A stretch of 64,000 nt of DNA. It comes from Caecitellus pseudoparvulus (taxonomy: Eukaryota; Protista; Bigyra: Bicosoecida). The DNA is taken from NCBI GenBank assembly GCA_965644315.1, contig CBFFRQ010000089.1:1-64000 (forward strand), read 5' to 3'. The stretch's first letter is position 1, and the number at the start of each line of letters is the position of its first letter. Of the stretch, positions 39,576 to 51,676 are shown piece after piece. The position numbers were made by a program, and so were the translations under genes. The notes under the pieces were generated by a model that was not told the origin of the DNA, searched no databases, and saw only the letters and a list, made by a program, of their open reading frames with translations.

Positions 39576-41696
39576 TTGGCGCAGAGGTCACATGCCGCCG
39601 GCAGGCAAATTGCCCAACTGCCCCACCTTGGACAGCACAGCATAGCTCTTGCAGAGGCGATCTGCGTTGTGCTTGCTCTCGCGCCGAATAAGCAGGGGCC
39701 CCTCGTGCAGCACAGCTTCTCAGCGGAAATTGAACAGGAAATGTACGTGGTGCTTTGGCCCAGCCTACTCGCGCCCTGCAGCTCCAGCAATGCAAGGGGG
39801 TGTATCTCTGATTTACACAGGGAGAGTCCTAGCCCCCTCAAGGGGAGCTTGGTGGATGCGTGGAAGAAGCACAGAGTAAGCCACATCCCCACGCCACGCT
39901 TGAAGCGGGTGTTTCTCACAGCCGAGGGTGGCGGGGCACCACGGCTGAATGAGGGCGTGCTGGCCGCCCTCATCGGGGACCTTCAGCCCCCCAGGAGCCC
40001 TGTACCAAGTGAATGGCATGCTTACCAACGTGCCCTGCACGAGCGCCTGTCGGAAACGGGCGCCTTCAACAGCCTCAGCCTGCGGGTGCAGGGGCTGCCG
40101 TCAAAGCCGTTGGCTGGCTTTAAGGCGCAGGAGGCGCACCCCTCGGGCGTCCTGCCGCCACACCCCGCGCCCCAGCGTGTGCAAATCGTCGGTTCCGTGG
40201 ACGAGGCCAGCTACAGCCTGGAACAAGACACCGGCATAGACGGCCTGGGCAGGCCCCACGCCTCAGTGAACATGTCCCTCGTCAGCCCCTTTGGCCTGGG
40301 GGACCGGCTGACGCTGAAGTTGGGCTCGCCCCTTGCAGAACGCTCTGTGGGCGCCTTGACGGAGGGTCTGCTCACGCGGCAAGGCGGCGCTGGTGAGGAC
40401 GATGCCGGCCCTGAGAAGGGCGGGGCCCTGGTTGGCGGCGGACAGGCCAGCCTGGCCCACTCTCCCTGGCTTACCGCCACCCTGCAATACGCCAAGCCCA
40501 CGCTGGGTGGCACGCGCAACAGGCTGACTGCCTCCGCTGGCTCGTACTACGAAGATCTGACCAGCACGTCTGGCCTGGAGGCCAGGCGGGTGGGGGCTGC
40601 TCTTACCTTGGCCACGCCAGATGGCCGCCACACGCTGGGTTGGCGTGGCGAGCAGCGGCATGTGGGCCTGCTGTGGCCCACACACAGCCGTGTGGACACA
40701 CGCCTGCCCCGCGACCTCGTCTTCAGCACTGGCCCCAGCGCTCTCTCCGCTGTCGCGTTCGCAAGCCGCATGGACGCCCTTGTGAAGGATGCGCAGGGAC
40801 AGCCGGTGGCTGGCCAGCAACGCTCACTGTGTGTGGAAGCTGCTCACCCCGTCATCGCATCCCAGGAAGCCTTCCTCAAGACTGAGCTGGCCTGCAGTGC
40901 TGCCACGTCCGTGTGGCGGGCCATGCCAGACACTGGCATGGCAGCACCAAGCATGGGAAGGGGTCGGTCGACAGAAGTGGCGGCGGCAGAGGCTGAAGAA
41001 GGCTTGCGCCCACCCCGCGCAGCAAGGGATCTGCCATGGCTGCAGCCTTTGAGCGGCCTGGGCGCCTGGGGCGTGTACGCGGCTGATGTGCTGGCGGCGT
41101 GGGCTGCTCCGGGCTTGACCCTGCAGACGCACGCCGCGGCAGGGGCCCTGCTGCCGCTGCCCCCACAGCCTCGCAGCATTCCCCATGCTCTGCCCATGGC
41201 GGCGTCCCCCCCGGAAGACGCCATGTACGCTCCCTGGAGCCACTATCTGGACCGGTACACGATGGGCAGCGCCCAGGTGCCTGGCTTCCACCAAGCAGGC
41301 ATTGGGCCGCGCGCTAAGGGGCGTGCTCTGGGTGGAACACTGCGCCTGGAGGCAGGTGCAAAGGTGCTGCTGCCGCCACCCCTGCCCCTGCCCCTGCTCA
41401 CGCATGCCGGTGTCCGTGGCCACGTGTGGGCTGCCGCGGGCACATGCCTGGCCAACGAGAGCACGCTGCGCGGCGTGGCCGGGCGGATAGCGACCGCCCC
41501 CGATGCGGCCTCAGTGACGACGCTGCTGGCCTCGTACATTGCTGCGTCGTGGGGTGTGGGGGTGACGGTGCCGTTCCCAGTGGGGCCAGGGGTGGCGCTG
41601 GAGCTGAATTGGCGCCTGGGTGCTGCTGTGCCCACTGCGCCGGGGCACCAGGGCGTCCTCTCAGGCTCTGCGTTTTCCGCTCGCCTTTCGACGTAG
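39576..41696 (+). CDS. SAM50: Sam50/Omp85-family outer-membrane beta-barrel assembly protein (divergent)
   Basis: SPFGLGDRL, DRYTMGSAQVPGFHQAGIGPR..ALGG and ASWGVGV...LELNW match Sam50 barrel motifs. The true start is uncertain. Confidence 0.78.
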   Translation: MAQRSHAAGRQIAQLPHLGQHSIALAEAICVVLALAPNKQGPLVQHSFSAEIEQEMYVVLWPSLLAPCSSSNARGCISDLHRESPSPLKGSLVDAWKKHRVSHIPTPRLKRVFLTAEGGGAPRLNEGVLAALIGDLQPPRSPVPSEWHAYQRALHERLSETGAFNSLSLRVQGLPSKPLAGFKAQEAHPSGVLPPHPAPQRVQIVGSVDEASYSLEQDTGIDGLGRPHASVNMSLVSPFGLGDRLTLKLGSPLAERSVGALTEGLLTRQGGAGEDDAGPEKGGALVGGGQASLAHSPWLTATLQYAKPTLGGTRNRLTASAGSYYEDLTSTSGLEARRVGAALTLATPDGRHTLGWRGEQRHVGLLWPTHSRVDTRLPRDLVFSTGPSALSAVAFASRMDALVKDAQGQPVAGQQRSLCVEAAHPVIASQEAFLKTELACSAATSVWRAMPDTGMAAPSMGRGRSTEVAAAEAEEGLRPPRAARDLPWLQPLSGLGAWGVYAADVLAAWAAPGLTLQTHAAAGALLPLPPQPRSIPHALPMAASPPEDAMYAPWSHYLDRYTMGSAQVPGFHQAGIGPRAKGRALGGTLRLEAGAKVLLPPPLPLPLLTHAGVRGHVWAAAGTCLANESTLRGVAGRIATAPDAASVTTLLASYIAASWGVGVTVPFPVGPGVALELNWRLGAAVPTAPGHQGVLSGSAFSARLST

Positions 41697-41956
41697 CTTA
41701 CGTTGTTGGGGCCTCTCGTTGTGGGCTGCATGCCCTGCCTTGGTTGCGTAGGCGTGGATGTGGAGTCTTGTCACAGCCAGCCTTGGCAGGCAGATTTGCG
41801 AGAAACGCACATACAAAAGCAACTCACCACGAAATGTACTCGCCAAGTTGATCGCCCAACTAGCTTCGCTTCTCAGCGTCTTGTTGGAACGGCAACGCAA
41901 GACAAACTCGGGACAACTTATCCATCGCTTTAGCTTAACACGGCTCGCCTAGCACC

Positions 41957-43896
41957 ATGGGGCACGTGGAGGAGGGCGCCAGGGCCTTCTTCGCGATTTC
42001 TGTCATCTTGCTTCTGGCTTTGACAGGGTTCATGTACTGGCGCTTTGCGTGCCGCCCACACAACCACCTCGTCACCGTGGTCGTCTGTGTGTCATGGATG
42101 CTCGGGCTGCTGAGCTCTGCGCTCCTGCCCTACGACATTGCCTTGTCGTCCATTGAACAGAGTAGCAGCAGACAAAGTGCGTGGTTTGGACTGTACTGGA
42201 CTACCTGGGTGCTGGCGTGGATGGTGAACCCCATCCTTGGCACAGCGCTGGCAAGGTACGTTTCAGGCGCGTTTCCCGCCAACCCACGCTCTGCGCGGCG
42301 CTCACCTTGCACCAAAGCGCGGCCTCGCCTCCCCACAGTGGCGCATTTTCCCCGATTGAACAGTTCAAGCTTTCCCTGTGGATGAACCTGCGCTTCTATG
42401 CGCTGGCAGGCTTGGCAACGCTGATCGGCGTCGTGTGGCTCCTTGCAGACGGCGCGTTGCGGGCTGGCGACCTGGGCCCCCTGGTGCTGTCTCTGAGTAA
42501 CATGTACGGGCTGCTCATCGTGTGTCTGCTATTGGGGTATGGCCTGGTGGACATTCCCCGCTCGCTGTGGCGCCTGAGCAACTCCGAGGGCGCCCTGGCC
42601 CGCTGCCACAAAGCGGCAGTGGAGGCTGACGAGAGCCTGTTTGACGCCCGCTGCGACGTGCAAGACGTGTTGCGGGACGTGCAAGCCTTGGCTCATCTAG
42701 CACAGCCCCACACTGCACACACGCAGCTGGCACACGCAGTGGCAACGCTGCAGAGCCTGCCTCCGCCTGAGCTGGGCAGCGGAGGAGGTGGGGCAGCCAC
42801 AGGCAGCAGCGGCAGCGCCCGGCGCCGTGGCGCCGCCTCTCCCAGCCAACCCACCCATGAGCCCCGTGGGTGGGTTGGCTGGCTGTGTGGCGAGGAGGAG
42901 GATGACTTCGGCGGGTTGCCCGCTGACGTCGGCAGCCGCGATGCACCGGGCCTGCTGGCAGCGGCTGTCGGCGTGCACCGGCGCCTGCTGGCGACACTGG
43001 CAGCCTACCGCAAGGCTCGCAGTCATTGGAACATGCTGGTGAGGAGTGCGCTGTACCATGAGGGTGTGGCGCAGCAGCAGCGGTCTGCTGTCCCCCCTGG
43101 CTCAGGCGGCTTGCAAGCGAGGTTGTCGTGGTGGTGGCACGTGCGGTTGGCGCCGGTGGTGTTCAGGGTTGTCGCCATTGTTGCCGCCCTGGCATCGGTG
43201 CTGGTGCTGGTCAGCGAGCTCATGCTGCCATTCAGCGCCAACAGCCCGTCACGCATCAACCCCATCGGGCGCATCGCGTACATCGACGAGACCGCCTCGC
43301 CTGGCACAGTGCTGGCAGTGGCTGTGGTGCTTGCGTACATGAGCGCTGCCATGTACAGCGCCCTGTTCAAGCTGCGTGCCTTTGGCATGCTGGAGCTCTG
43401 CCCTGGTGGCAACACGGACGCCACGACGCTGCTGCTGAACGCGGGCATCCTCTGCCGCCTGCAGTTTGCCCTCGCCTTCAACTACCTGAACATGGCCGAC
43501 CTACCGTGGCGCACGTCCTTCAGCGAGACGTTGGGTGCCGACAACAAGTTGTCTGCGGTGGATGTGTACCTGCCCATCTCCATCTTGTGCGTGGCTGTGA
43601 TCACGGCAGGGCGCTGTGTGGGGCGCGTGTCGGGCTGGTTCGGCGCCGATCAGCCTGACCTCGCAGACACAGACAGCCCCGAAGGGCAGCGCCTGGAGGC
43701 GCAGGGGCGAGCCCTGCTGAACAAGGGCAGGCGCCGCCTGAGCACCGCGTCCCGAAGCCTGCCGTTTGAAGAGGGCACCCTTCCCACGGCGGGTGGCGGC
43801 GGTGCGCCTGCCCGAAGCCGGCATGATGACGAGGAGGTCAACTTGCCAACACCTGGAGGGGACGTACACTTCACCCCCCTCATGTCTGTAGCGTGA
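41957..43896 (+). CDS. LMBR1-like (LMBRD2-type) membrane protein; exons 41957-42255 and 42339-43896
   Basis: The GT..AG intron 42256-42338 restores the frame (GTALASGAFSPIEQFKLSLWMN). Motifs LLPYDIA, YWTTWVLAW, SNMYGL...LLGYGLVDIPRSLW and LAFNYL. Confidence 0.88.
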
Positions 43897-44175
43897 GGGT
43901 GCAGGTACGTGGGCCCGCAGGCACCCTTGCAATGTACCGTGCGTCGCATGAGGCAGGCAGGCTTGCTGTGAGCTGGCGAGGGGGCCAGCACCCTCTGGCA
44001 GTGCGTCCACAAGACGTTGCGCAAAATCAAGACCACAAATGATCTGTACACTGCGCTTGGCTGCCTGCACCTTGCTTGTTGTACGGGTGGAAGTGCCGTC
44101 GGTCCGGCTGCACGCGACGCTGCAGGCTTGCCCATCAAGGACTGCCGCTGACAGAGATCCCACGTTAAGGACACC

Positions 44176-45587
44176 ATGAACTACACAGGGCAGATTCAGG
44201 ATGGCCAAATGCATGGGCAGGGGACCCTGGTGTACCCCAGTGCGTTGTGGGCGGCAAGTTGCCGTGCCGGGTTCACTTGCGGAAGTTGACGCTGTTGCGG
44301 CCCTGCACAGATGGCGAGCGGTACGAGGGGCAGTGGAACTTCGGCAAGCGCGAAGGTTTCGGCATCTACTACTACCTTGGTGAGTTTAGGCGGTGTTATA
44401 GGGTGGCTGGCGCGTGCAGTGCTGTGTCAGGCAGCGGGCGTCCTGCGGAATTGGGCTTCAAACGGCGGCGGCCTTCCATCCCCTCTGCTTGCCTCGGGCA
44501 GTGTGCGTGTGCGACGAGGAGCAGGCCAGCTGTCCATAACGACATGGATGCTCAGAGGGCAGGGTATCGCGCCCGTTCACGCAGCTCTGCCGCAAGTGCG
44601 ATGGGGTCGAACCGTTGGTGGCGCTCCCCACGTTTCGCAGATGGCGGTCGGTACGAGGGCGAGTGGAAAGACGACAAGATCCATGGGCAAGGCAAGAGCA
44701 TATACGCCAATGGCAACATCTACGACGGTAACTGGGACAATGGGCGCATCAACGGCTTCGGCACGCTGACGTACGCTGACGGCGACAAGTACATCGGCAA
44801 CTGGGTGGACGGCAAGATGCACGGGCAAGGCACGTACGTGTACGCGGATGGAGACAAGTACGAGGGAGAGTGGAAGGACGACAAGCGGCACGGGAAGGGC
44901 ACCGTGACGTACCGTGGCCCTGACGGCAACGTCGTGGAGAAGTACGAGGGGGACTGGTTCGACGGCAAGATGCACGGCATCGGGCGGTACGTGTACGCGG
45001 ACGGGGGCGTGTATGAGGGGCAGTGGGTGGACAGCAAGATGCATGGCAAGGGCCTGTACACCTTTCCCAATGGCAACAAGTACGACGGTGAGTGGGTGGA
45101 GGACGTGAAGGAGGGCTGGGGCGTCCTGACGTACGTGAATGGGGAGAAGTACGAGGGGTACTGGAAGAACGACAAGGCCCACGGCAAGGGCACGCTGACG
45201 TACGCACAGGGGGACAAGTATGTGGGGGATTGGGTGGCGGGCAAGAAGCACGGTGAAGGCGAGCTGCAGTACGCCAATGGGGACATCTTCCGTGGGGCGT
45301 GGGAGAACGACCACGCCAACGGCGCCGGCAGCCTCGCCTACGCTAATGGAAACGAGTACACGGGAGCTTGGAAGGAGGACCGTCGCCATGGGCATGGTGT
45401 GTTCACGTGTGCCGCTGACGGGTACAAGTACGACGGCGAGTGGTACCTGGGTCGCCGCCACGGCAAGGGCACCATCCTGCTGCCTAACGGCGACCGCTTC
45501 GTGGGCGGGTGGAAGGAGGGCCGTCTGGATGGCCCTGTGGACTATGCCTTTGCTGAGGACAGCCCGTGGGCCAACCCCGACCTGTGA
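44176..45587 (+). CDS. MORN1: All-MORN-repeat protein, apicomplexan MORN1-like (~359 aa); exons 44176-44239, 44311-44379, 44641-45587
   Basis: Tandem YEGEWxxxKxHGxG repeats. Two phase-1 GT..AG introns restore the repeat register. C-terminus FAEDSPWANPDL. Confidence 0.9.
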
Positions 45588-45982
45588 TCTTGCCAACGTG
45601 AATGCATTCGCCCCTTGCACGTGGCCGTTGGTGTGTGGGCAAGAGCGCAGCCGTGCACTCCACGCGCCACTTTCTTACACCGCGTCGTGTTTGCACGGTT
45701 TGACACTGCTCAGCGTGCGCCACTGACGCTGCTAGGCTGTGCCAGGTTCAGGCCGGCCTGGTCCCTTGCTGTGTGGGACACGCCATCCCAGTATACCCTG
45801 CCGGTGCGATCTCGGCGCAAGGGCTGCGCGGCTTCTTTGCCGCCCCCACGAACTCAATGGCGGCTGCAGTGCATATGGGCGTCCTCAAGGCTGCTCTCGA
45901 GTGAGTGGCGTGTTAGGGCAAGGCAGACATCTTTGGGCGGAGCTTGCAAAATCCGCACCTTATACTGCGCCTTCGCAGTGGC

Positions 45983-46789
45983 ATGAAAGCGCTGCAGGAT
46001 AGAGTTACAAAGGAGGGCATCCCGGGTGCAACAAAGCTCCCACTTCCACCGTCAGTAGTCCCAGCCCTCGCCACGCTCCCCCAGCTGGCCCAGCTTGTGG
46101 AAGGAGCGCAGGAGGCAGAGCCCGGCAGCAGCACTGGTCCCGCTGCAAGCGATGCGGCACCTGCGCCAGCTGCACGCGGCAACGACAAGCCAGCAGCGAG
46201 TTTAGCTTCATCTGAAGACACAATAGAAGAAGTGGGCTCAACTGGCAAGGGCTCTACGTTGGCTGCGTTGCTGCCCAGCGCCTGTCTTGCGAGTCAAGCT
46301 GCCCTCTCCAAGGCTGTGGCGGGCTTGTTGAGCCACCGCCTGGGGCATATCTTCCAGTACCCTGTGACGGATGACATCGCTCCGGATTACAGTAGCATTG
46401 TGAAGCAGCCCATGGACCTCACCACCATGCAGGGGCGCGTGGCGGGCGGGCAGGTGGACTCCTGGCCGGCCTTGGTGCAGGACCTCATGCTCATGATCAC
46501 CAACGCCCTCACGTACAACGAGCAAGGCAGTGACGTGTACAACATCGCGCTGGACTTTGCTGGTGCCGCCCTGGCCAAGGTGCAGGACCTCGCCTGCGGG
46601 CGAGCTGCCAGCAAGGGCACCGCCGCGGCTGAGGCACGCCGCGCGATGCTGGTCCAGGCGCAAGAGGCAGCCGCTGCCACTGCCGCCACCGCCCTGGCTG
46701 TGGAGCCAACCACACCCTCTCGAAGAGGCACAAAGCGTCGCGAGGAATCGGCGGCTGGTCGCAGCGCGAAGCGCAGTCGCAAGGGATGA
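45983..46789 (+). CDS. Small single-bromodomain protein
   Basis: IFQYPVTDDIAPDYSSIVKQPMDL...LMITNALTYN with the conserved acetyl-lysine Tyr/Asn, plus a C-terminal basic NLS-like tract. Confidence 0.88.
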   Translation: MKALQDRVTKEGIPGATKLPLPPSVVPALATLPQLAQLVEGAQEAEPGSSTGPAASDAAPAPAARGNDKPAASLASSEDTIEEVGSTGKGSTLAALLPSACLASQAALSKAVAGLLSHRLGHIFQYPVTDDIAPDYSSIVKQPMDLTTMQGRVAGGQVDSWPALVQDLMLMITNALTYNEQGSDVYNIALDFAGAALAKVQDLACGRAASKGTAAAEARRAMLVQAQEAAAATAATALAVEPTTPSRRGTKRREESAAGRSAKRSRKG

Positions 46790-46808
46790 CGGAGGCACTA
46801 GCAATGCA

Positions 46809-48182
46809 TTAGTCCGCCTCATCCTCCTGCTCCGCAGCCTGTTCGCGCAGCAGGGCAGCGACGATATCAGCATCACTAACATCAGCGTCTTGCTCTTCAT
46901 CCGCCGCCTCTTGTGCCAAGCCGTCCACGTCAGGGGCAGTCGCCTCGGGTATCTCCGCGTCGACTTCGTCGAGTGCCTCGTCCTTGCCAGCGGCCTCCTC
47001 CCCACCCTGGTCACCGCCCTCCTCCTGCTCTGCTTGTTCCTCCTCTTCCAGCTCCTTCCAAATGTCGTCAAAGGCGCGCACGCGGGGCGCGCTGCCGCCC
47101 CAGCCGCCCCTGCGGCCCAAGCGGTCTGCGCCGGGCAAGCGCACCTCGGACGCGTCAGCCATAAGGGCGCCTGAGTACAGATCCTCCACGAAGGCGCGCT
47201 GGGAAGCCACCATGCCCTCCACCTGCTCTGGGGCGCTGGCAGCCCAGTACCCCACGCCCAGCAGCAGGGCCAGCACGGCACCCCTGTACGGCAACGCAGC
47301 CGCCGCAGTCGGGTCCACGCCCGCTGAGATGAGTGGGTCGAACGTCTCCACAATGGTCGCAGCCTCGTCCCAGAATCGGGGAATGATCCACAGCTCGAAG
47401 CCGGCCAGCCACGCCAGTAGGGCCAGCATGTACCGCAGCACCAAGAACGCCGTCAGGAGCACGAGCAGTGCCGCTGACAGCCAGAAGACACAGCGCTTGA
47501 GCCACATGGGCCACAATGGGAACATGGTCACAGCCAAGATGCCCAGTACGACGATTACGGGCAAGTATGTGAACCAGCCCGACACTGGCGGCTTGTACAG
47601 CCACACGTACCGCACGGACTTGTCCATTGGGTCGCGGAAGCCCTGCTCTGCCACTGGCTGAAGCACCTTCCGGCCCTGGTCCCGCACACTCTTGCCCTTT
47701 TCATTGGTAACCACCTGAGTGCGCAGGAGTAGCCTGCGAAAACGGGGCGGAGGGGAGGGCCTGGTGCCAGAAGCGGCTCGCCAGTGTAGTGCCACACGTG
47801 GCGCTGCCCCACCTTGGCACAGCATGCTGCAGCAGCTGGTTCGCGACTTCCGACGCAGCTTCTGGAGTCTTGACGCAGTCCAAGCCATGCTGCTCACAGT
47901 CTATTATGTAGGCCAGCAGAACGTCCCCTGTGCACGCCTCGCGCAGTACGCTGTCAAGCAAACACTCCGTGGCAGGGCCCAATTTCCGCACCACTCACCT
48001 GGCACCGCCCTGACGACGTTCTGTTGCAGGGAGCACTTCATAAAAGGAACATCATCATGCAAAACACCAGCTAGATGCAGGAGTTCCTTTGGGGTGAATC
48101 GAGGAGCGGAAGGGCCTGGTGAAGTGACCTCGCTCGGCTCCTCCACAGCATCAGGCTTGGGGGCGTCGGCCACGCTGGACAT
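46809..48182 (-). CDS. SEC62: Translocation protein Sec62 (probably 3 exons)
   Basis: YVWLY...AVTMFPLWP...LWIIPRF..VETFDPL, two core TM helices and an acidic tail. Candidate GT..AG introns at ~47928-47998 and ~47735-47813. Confidence 0.85.
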
Positions 48183-48619
48183 GCTGGAGGGCTGCTTCCA
48201 AGTGTGGGAGTGCATGGGCAACGGGTACCGGCGGTGCGTACTCCCAATGGCGCGCGTTGTGTGGGAAACGGTGTGTTTTGTGAACGTGTTGTGGTGTTGT
48301 GGAGTGCGGAGGGGTTTGCAACTGTTGCTGCCACTCCTCGCTTTCGTTCTCTGAAAGCGTGCAAGCAAGCGCTCCTGCAAAGCTACGATAGACCCTTATG
48401 CTATGCATAGGAGGGCAGTGGCCAGTAAAGTCAAAATTTAGTCAGCAGGACGGCTGGTGAGTGGAAAGCGGACCAACTCTCCAAGCACCTGTCTTCCTCC
48501 AGACTGTGCCCCTTTCTCGGTTTTCAGTCACGCCAGCACTGCACCCCTTGCCACCAATACCTGCCCCAAGCAGACGGGAGGTCGGCGCAGAGCCCCAGGT
48601 CCTGAAAAGTGATTCCCAA

Positions 48620-51110
48620 ATGGCAAAAGAAGGCCCCAGCTCATGCTCTGTGCCGTCACGCACGAGTGCAATCGTTGCATCGTTGCTGCTGTTCTCGTCA
48701 CTGCTCGTGCTTCAGCCAGGAGCCACGAGCTCTTTGGGGCCCAACTTGCACGCCTTTTCCCTCAGAACATGTGGTAGCACAAGGGCCCAACGTATCCCAA
48801 GCCAATGCTTCGTCTGTGGCGGGTGCAGACGTCCCTGCTGCTCTGGCGACATGCGAGGTGCAGTCAGCTGGCTCGGGCAGCGCAACCTCAGGGCGGAAAT
48901 TTTACTGGAGAAAGCTTACGTGAACTTCCTCGTGGTGTCTCCATCGACAGCCTGCTAAAGCGGGCCCTCGGTTGTGCAACAAACGATTCGTGTGCTTCGA
49001 ATGGGACGACTTCTCAGTGCAATGCGCAGCGCCCCTTTGCAGCCGTTGTGACGACCATCGCCTCCGCCCCAACGGAGGCTGTGGCGGAGCTGGCCTCAGC
49101 AAGGCCTGACGTGGACATCTTCGTCGTGGCAGACCGGAAAGGGCCTGCAGCATGGCCAAATGACACGGCAGCCAACATTCACTACCTCACAGTGCCATAT
49201 CAGGAACAAAATGTGTTCCAGGCCTTCTCGCCACCGTGGGACCACTTTGGGCGCAAGAACTACGGCTACCTCGCCGCTCTGGCGTCAGGCGCATGCTTCA
49301 TCTGGGACTTTGACGACGACAACGTACTGCTTGATGCAGAGAACGGTGTGTTGAACACTGCCCACCTTTCCAGCTGGGCTGCAACCACGCTGCAGCTCAG
49401 CCGAGCGCCACGCACCGACACCAGCTCACCCTGGAATAACCACCTGCCATTCATGGGCGCAACGTCCTTCATCTGGCCCCGCGGGACGCCCCTGGAGCAG
49501 GTGCAAGACAGCTCGACCTTCTTGCCCACCGTCTCTGGCGCACAGGCGTGCAAGCAGGATGCAGCTCGCCCGGGCTGCATCCGCCTGGGGCCCACCTGCT
49601 CCTGCCTTGGTATCCTCAGCAGCCTGGCACAAGGGAACCCAGACCTTGACGCTGTGCAGCGGCTGACTGGCCCTGCGCCTGTGGCTTCAAGCGGGAGCTG
49701 GGTGTCATGGGCGTTCTGGGCCCCGGCACGACAGTCTCCCACAACGCCCAGGCCATCCTGCTGAGCTGCGATGTGGTGCTGTTCGCCATGCTCCCCATGA
49801 CAGTCCACGGCCGTGTGTCTGATACCTGGCAGGCCCTCATTGCCAACCGCATCGCAGAGGTTGCAGGGCTGGCGGTGGCGGTGACATCTGGCGCCGTGGT
49901 GCTCCACCGCAACCCACACAACTACCTTGCCGACCTGGACGCTGAGCAGCCGCTCTACGCGCAAGCGGGTGTGCTGGGCCAGCTGCTGCAAGCGTGGACG
50001 CCCAACTCCAACAGCATCGCAGGTGCCACTGTGGAAGTATATGTGCACCTGTATGAGCGAGGCGTGCTGGAGTGGCCCGACGTTACCTGGGCCGTGGAGT
50101 GGGTGCGCGCAGTGACGGGCCTCGTTGGAGACGCCCCGGTCAAGAAACAGGCAGCGCTGCCTTCCCCACCAGCGCCTGTCCCGCGCCTGGCTGGGGTGAC
50201 AGTCGTCGTGCACATCAACTTCGACCACGCAGAGGTAATCGCGCCCTGGTTGGCGATATGGGGGCGCGTGTACGACAGTGTGGTGTTCTACGTCCCTGGC
50301 CGCGAGAAGTGTGAGGTGCCTGGGCTGCCACGCGGCATAGATGTCAGGATGGTGTGCCACGTTCCGCCTGACACCCGCCCGAAGAGTGGGGCCCCTGGCA
50401 TGAAGAGTGTGCCTGGCCGCACCAACCAGCCATGGAAGGAGCGTTTCGGTGGGTACTTTGCCAATGAGTCCCTCCTGCATGCCCTGCTCAACACACCAGT
50501 GCCTGCCAAGGGCTACATGTTCATGCATGACGATGCGATCGTGAATGTGCCGATCATGGCCAAGGAATTGCAAGCTTTGAAACCAGGGGTGAGCCTGCCA
50601 TGCGACCAGGCTGTGGCACGCCTGTCATACGACGTGGGCAACAAGTCTGTGTCAAGGAAGCCAGAGCACGGGGACTGGTTCTGGGCCACGCACGACATTG
50701 GTATGCGTGCCCTGCAGGCAGCTGCACAGGAGAACCCTGCCATCCACAGCGCCCTGGCTTTTTGCCAGGAGAAAATGGGCGGCATCCCCGCAGATTCCTG
50801 TGACTCCTACTTCTGGCCGGCTGCGAGACGGAAGGAAAGCGTCGCCTTCCTCCAGACCAAGCTGAAACACAGGGTGTTCCCGGAGATCGCCATGCCCATT
50901 GCGGCGCACTGTGGACCTGTGCGCAGCGGTAGCCCTGGCGCCGGAGGCCCCATCGTGAAGGGGAAACGCGAGACACCGTACCAGTCGTGGGAGGCGTTTG
51001 ATCCAAAAAGGCACGTGTACATGCACCCGGTGAAGCTGGGCCTACGGAATGGCCCCTTGGTCCAAGCTATGGTGCGCGATGGCGTGGGCAAGGTGTCTGG
51101 TGCAAACTGA
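48620..51110 (+). CDS. STELLO-like (DUF288) glycosyltransferase, interrupted by frameshift(s) in this assembly
   Basis: VVTTI, VVADRKGP, FGRKNYGYL, WDFDDDN, WPRG, NPDLDAV, VHGRVSD and RNPHNYLADL..E motifs are spread over ORFs 48805-49764 and 49707-51110. The TM anchor lies in another frame from ATG 48620. Confidence 0.8.
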
Positions 51111-51676
51111 TCAGCGGATCGGCACGCAGCAAAGTGTACATTGCTTATGAGGTGAGCCCGCGAGCTAAACGTGCAATACACATAAAGGTACTGTGTTTCC
51201 CCATTGGACTTTGCATGGGGCCGAACACTTGTTGTCGGCGAACCTCGGTGTGCTCGTCCTGGCTGCAAAAGGGTGACCTGGAAGCAGACGGCACCAGCGG
51301 CCACCGCGAAGCCACACACGCCAACTTGACTGTGGACATGTGCACTTGGTAACAAGCAACCCCTGTATTGGGCCTGAATGGCGCGGAAAGCCCATGTCTT
51401 GGGCGGGCCTTGAACAGCACCAAGCTGCCCGGACGATGGCACCCAGGAACATCCTCCCAAATGCGATAACCGCCGCTGCACCCCTGGGTCATGATGCACC
51501 TGGCACAATCCATGCATGAAGCAGTGCCACTCCGCGCCACGCACGACGCCAAAAATGCCCGGGGAGACATGGTCACCCTCGCCAAGCGCGCTCGCGACGC
51601 GGAGTTGCAGAATGGGAAATCCTGGGAAAACCCTGTCTTAAGACAAGGTTGAGTCAAAGGAACAGCAAGACTATGT

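Noticed and set aside
44577-45620. 347-aa minus-strand ORF
   Set aside because: Antisense shadow of the MORN repeats.
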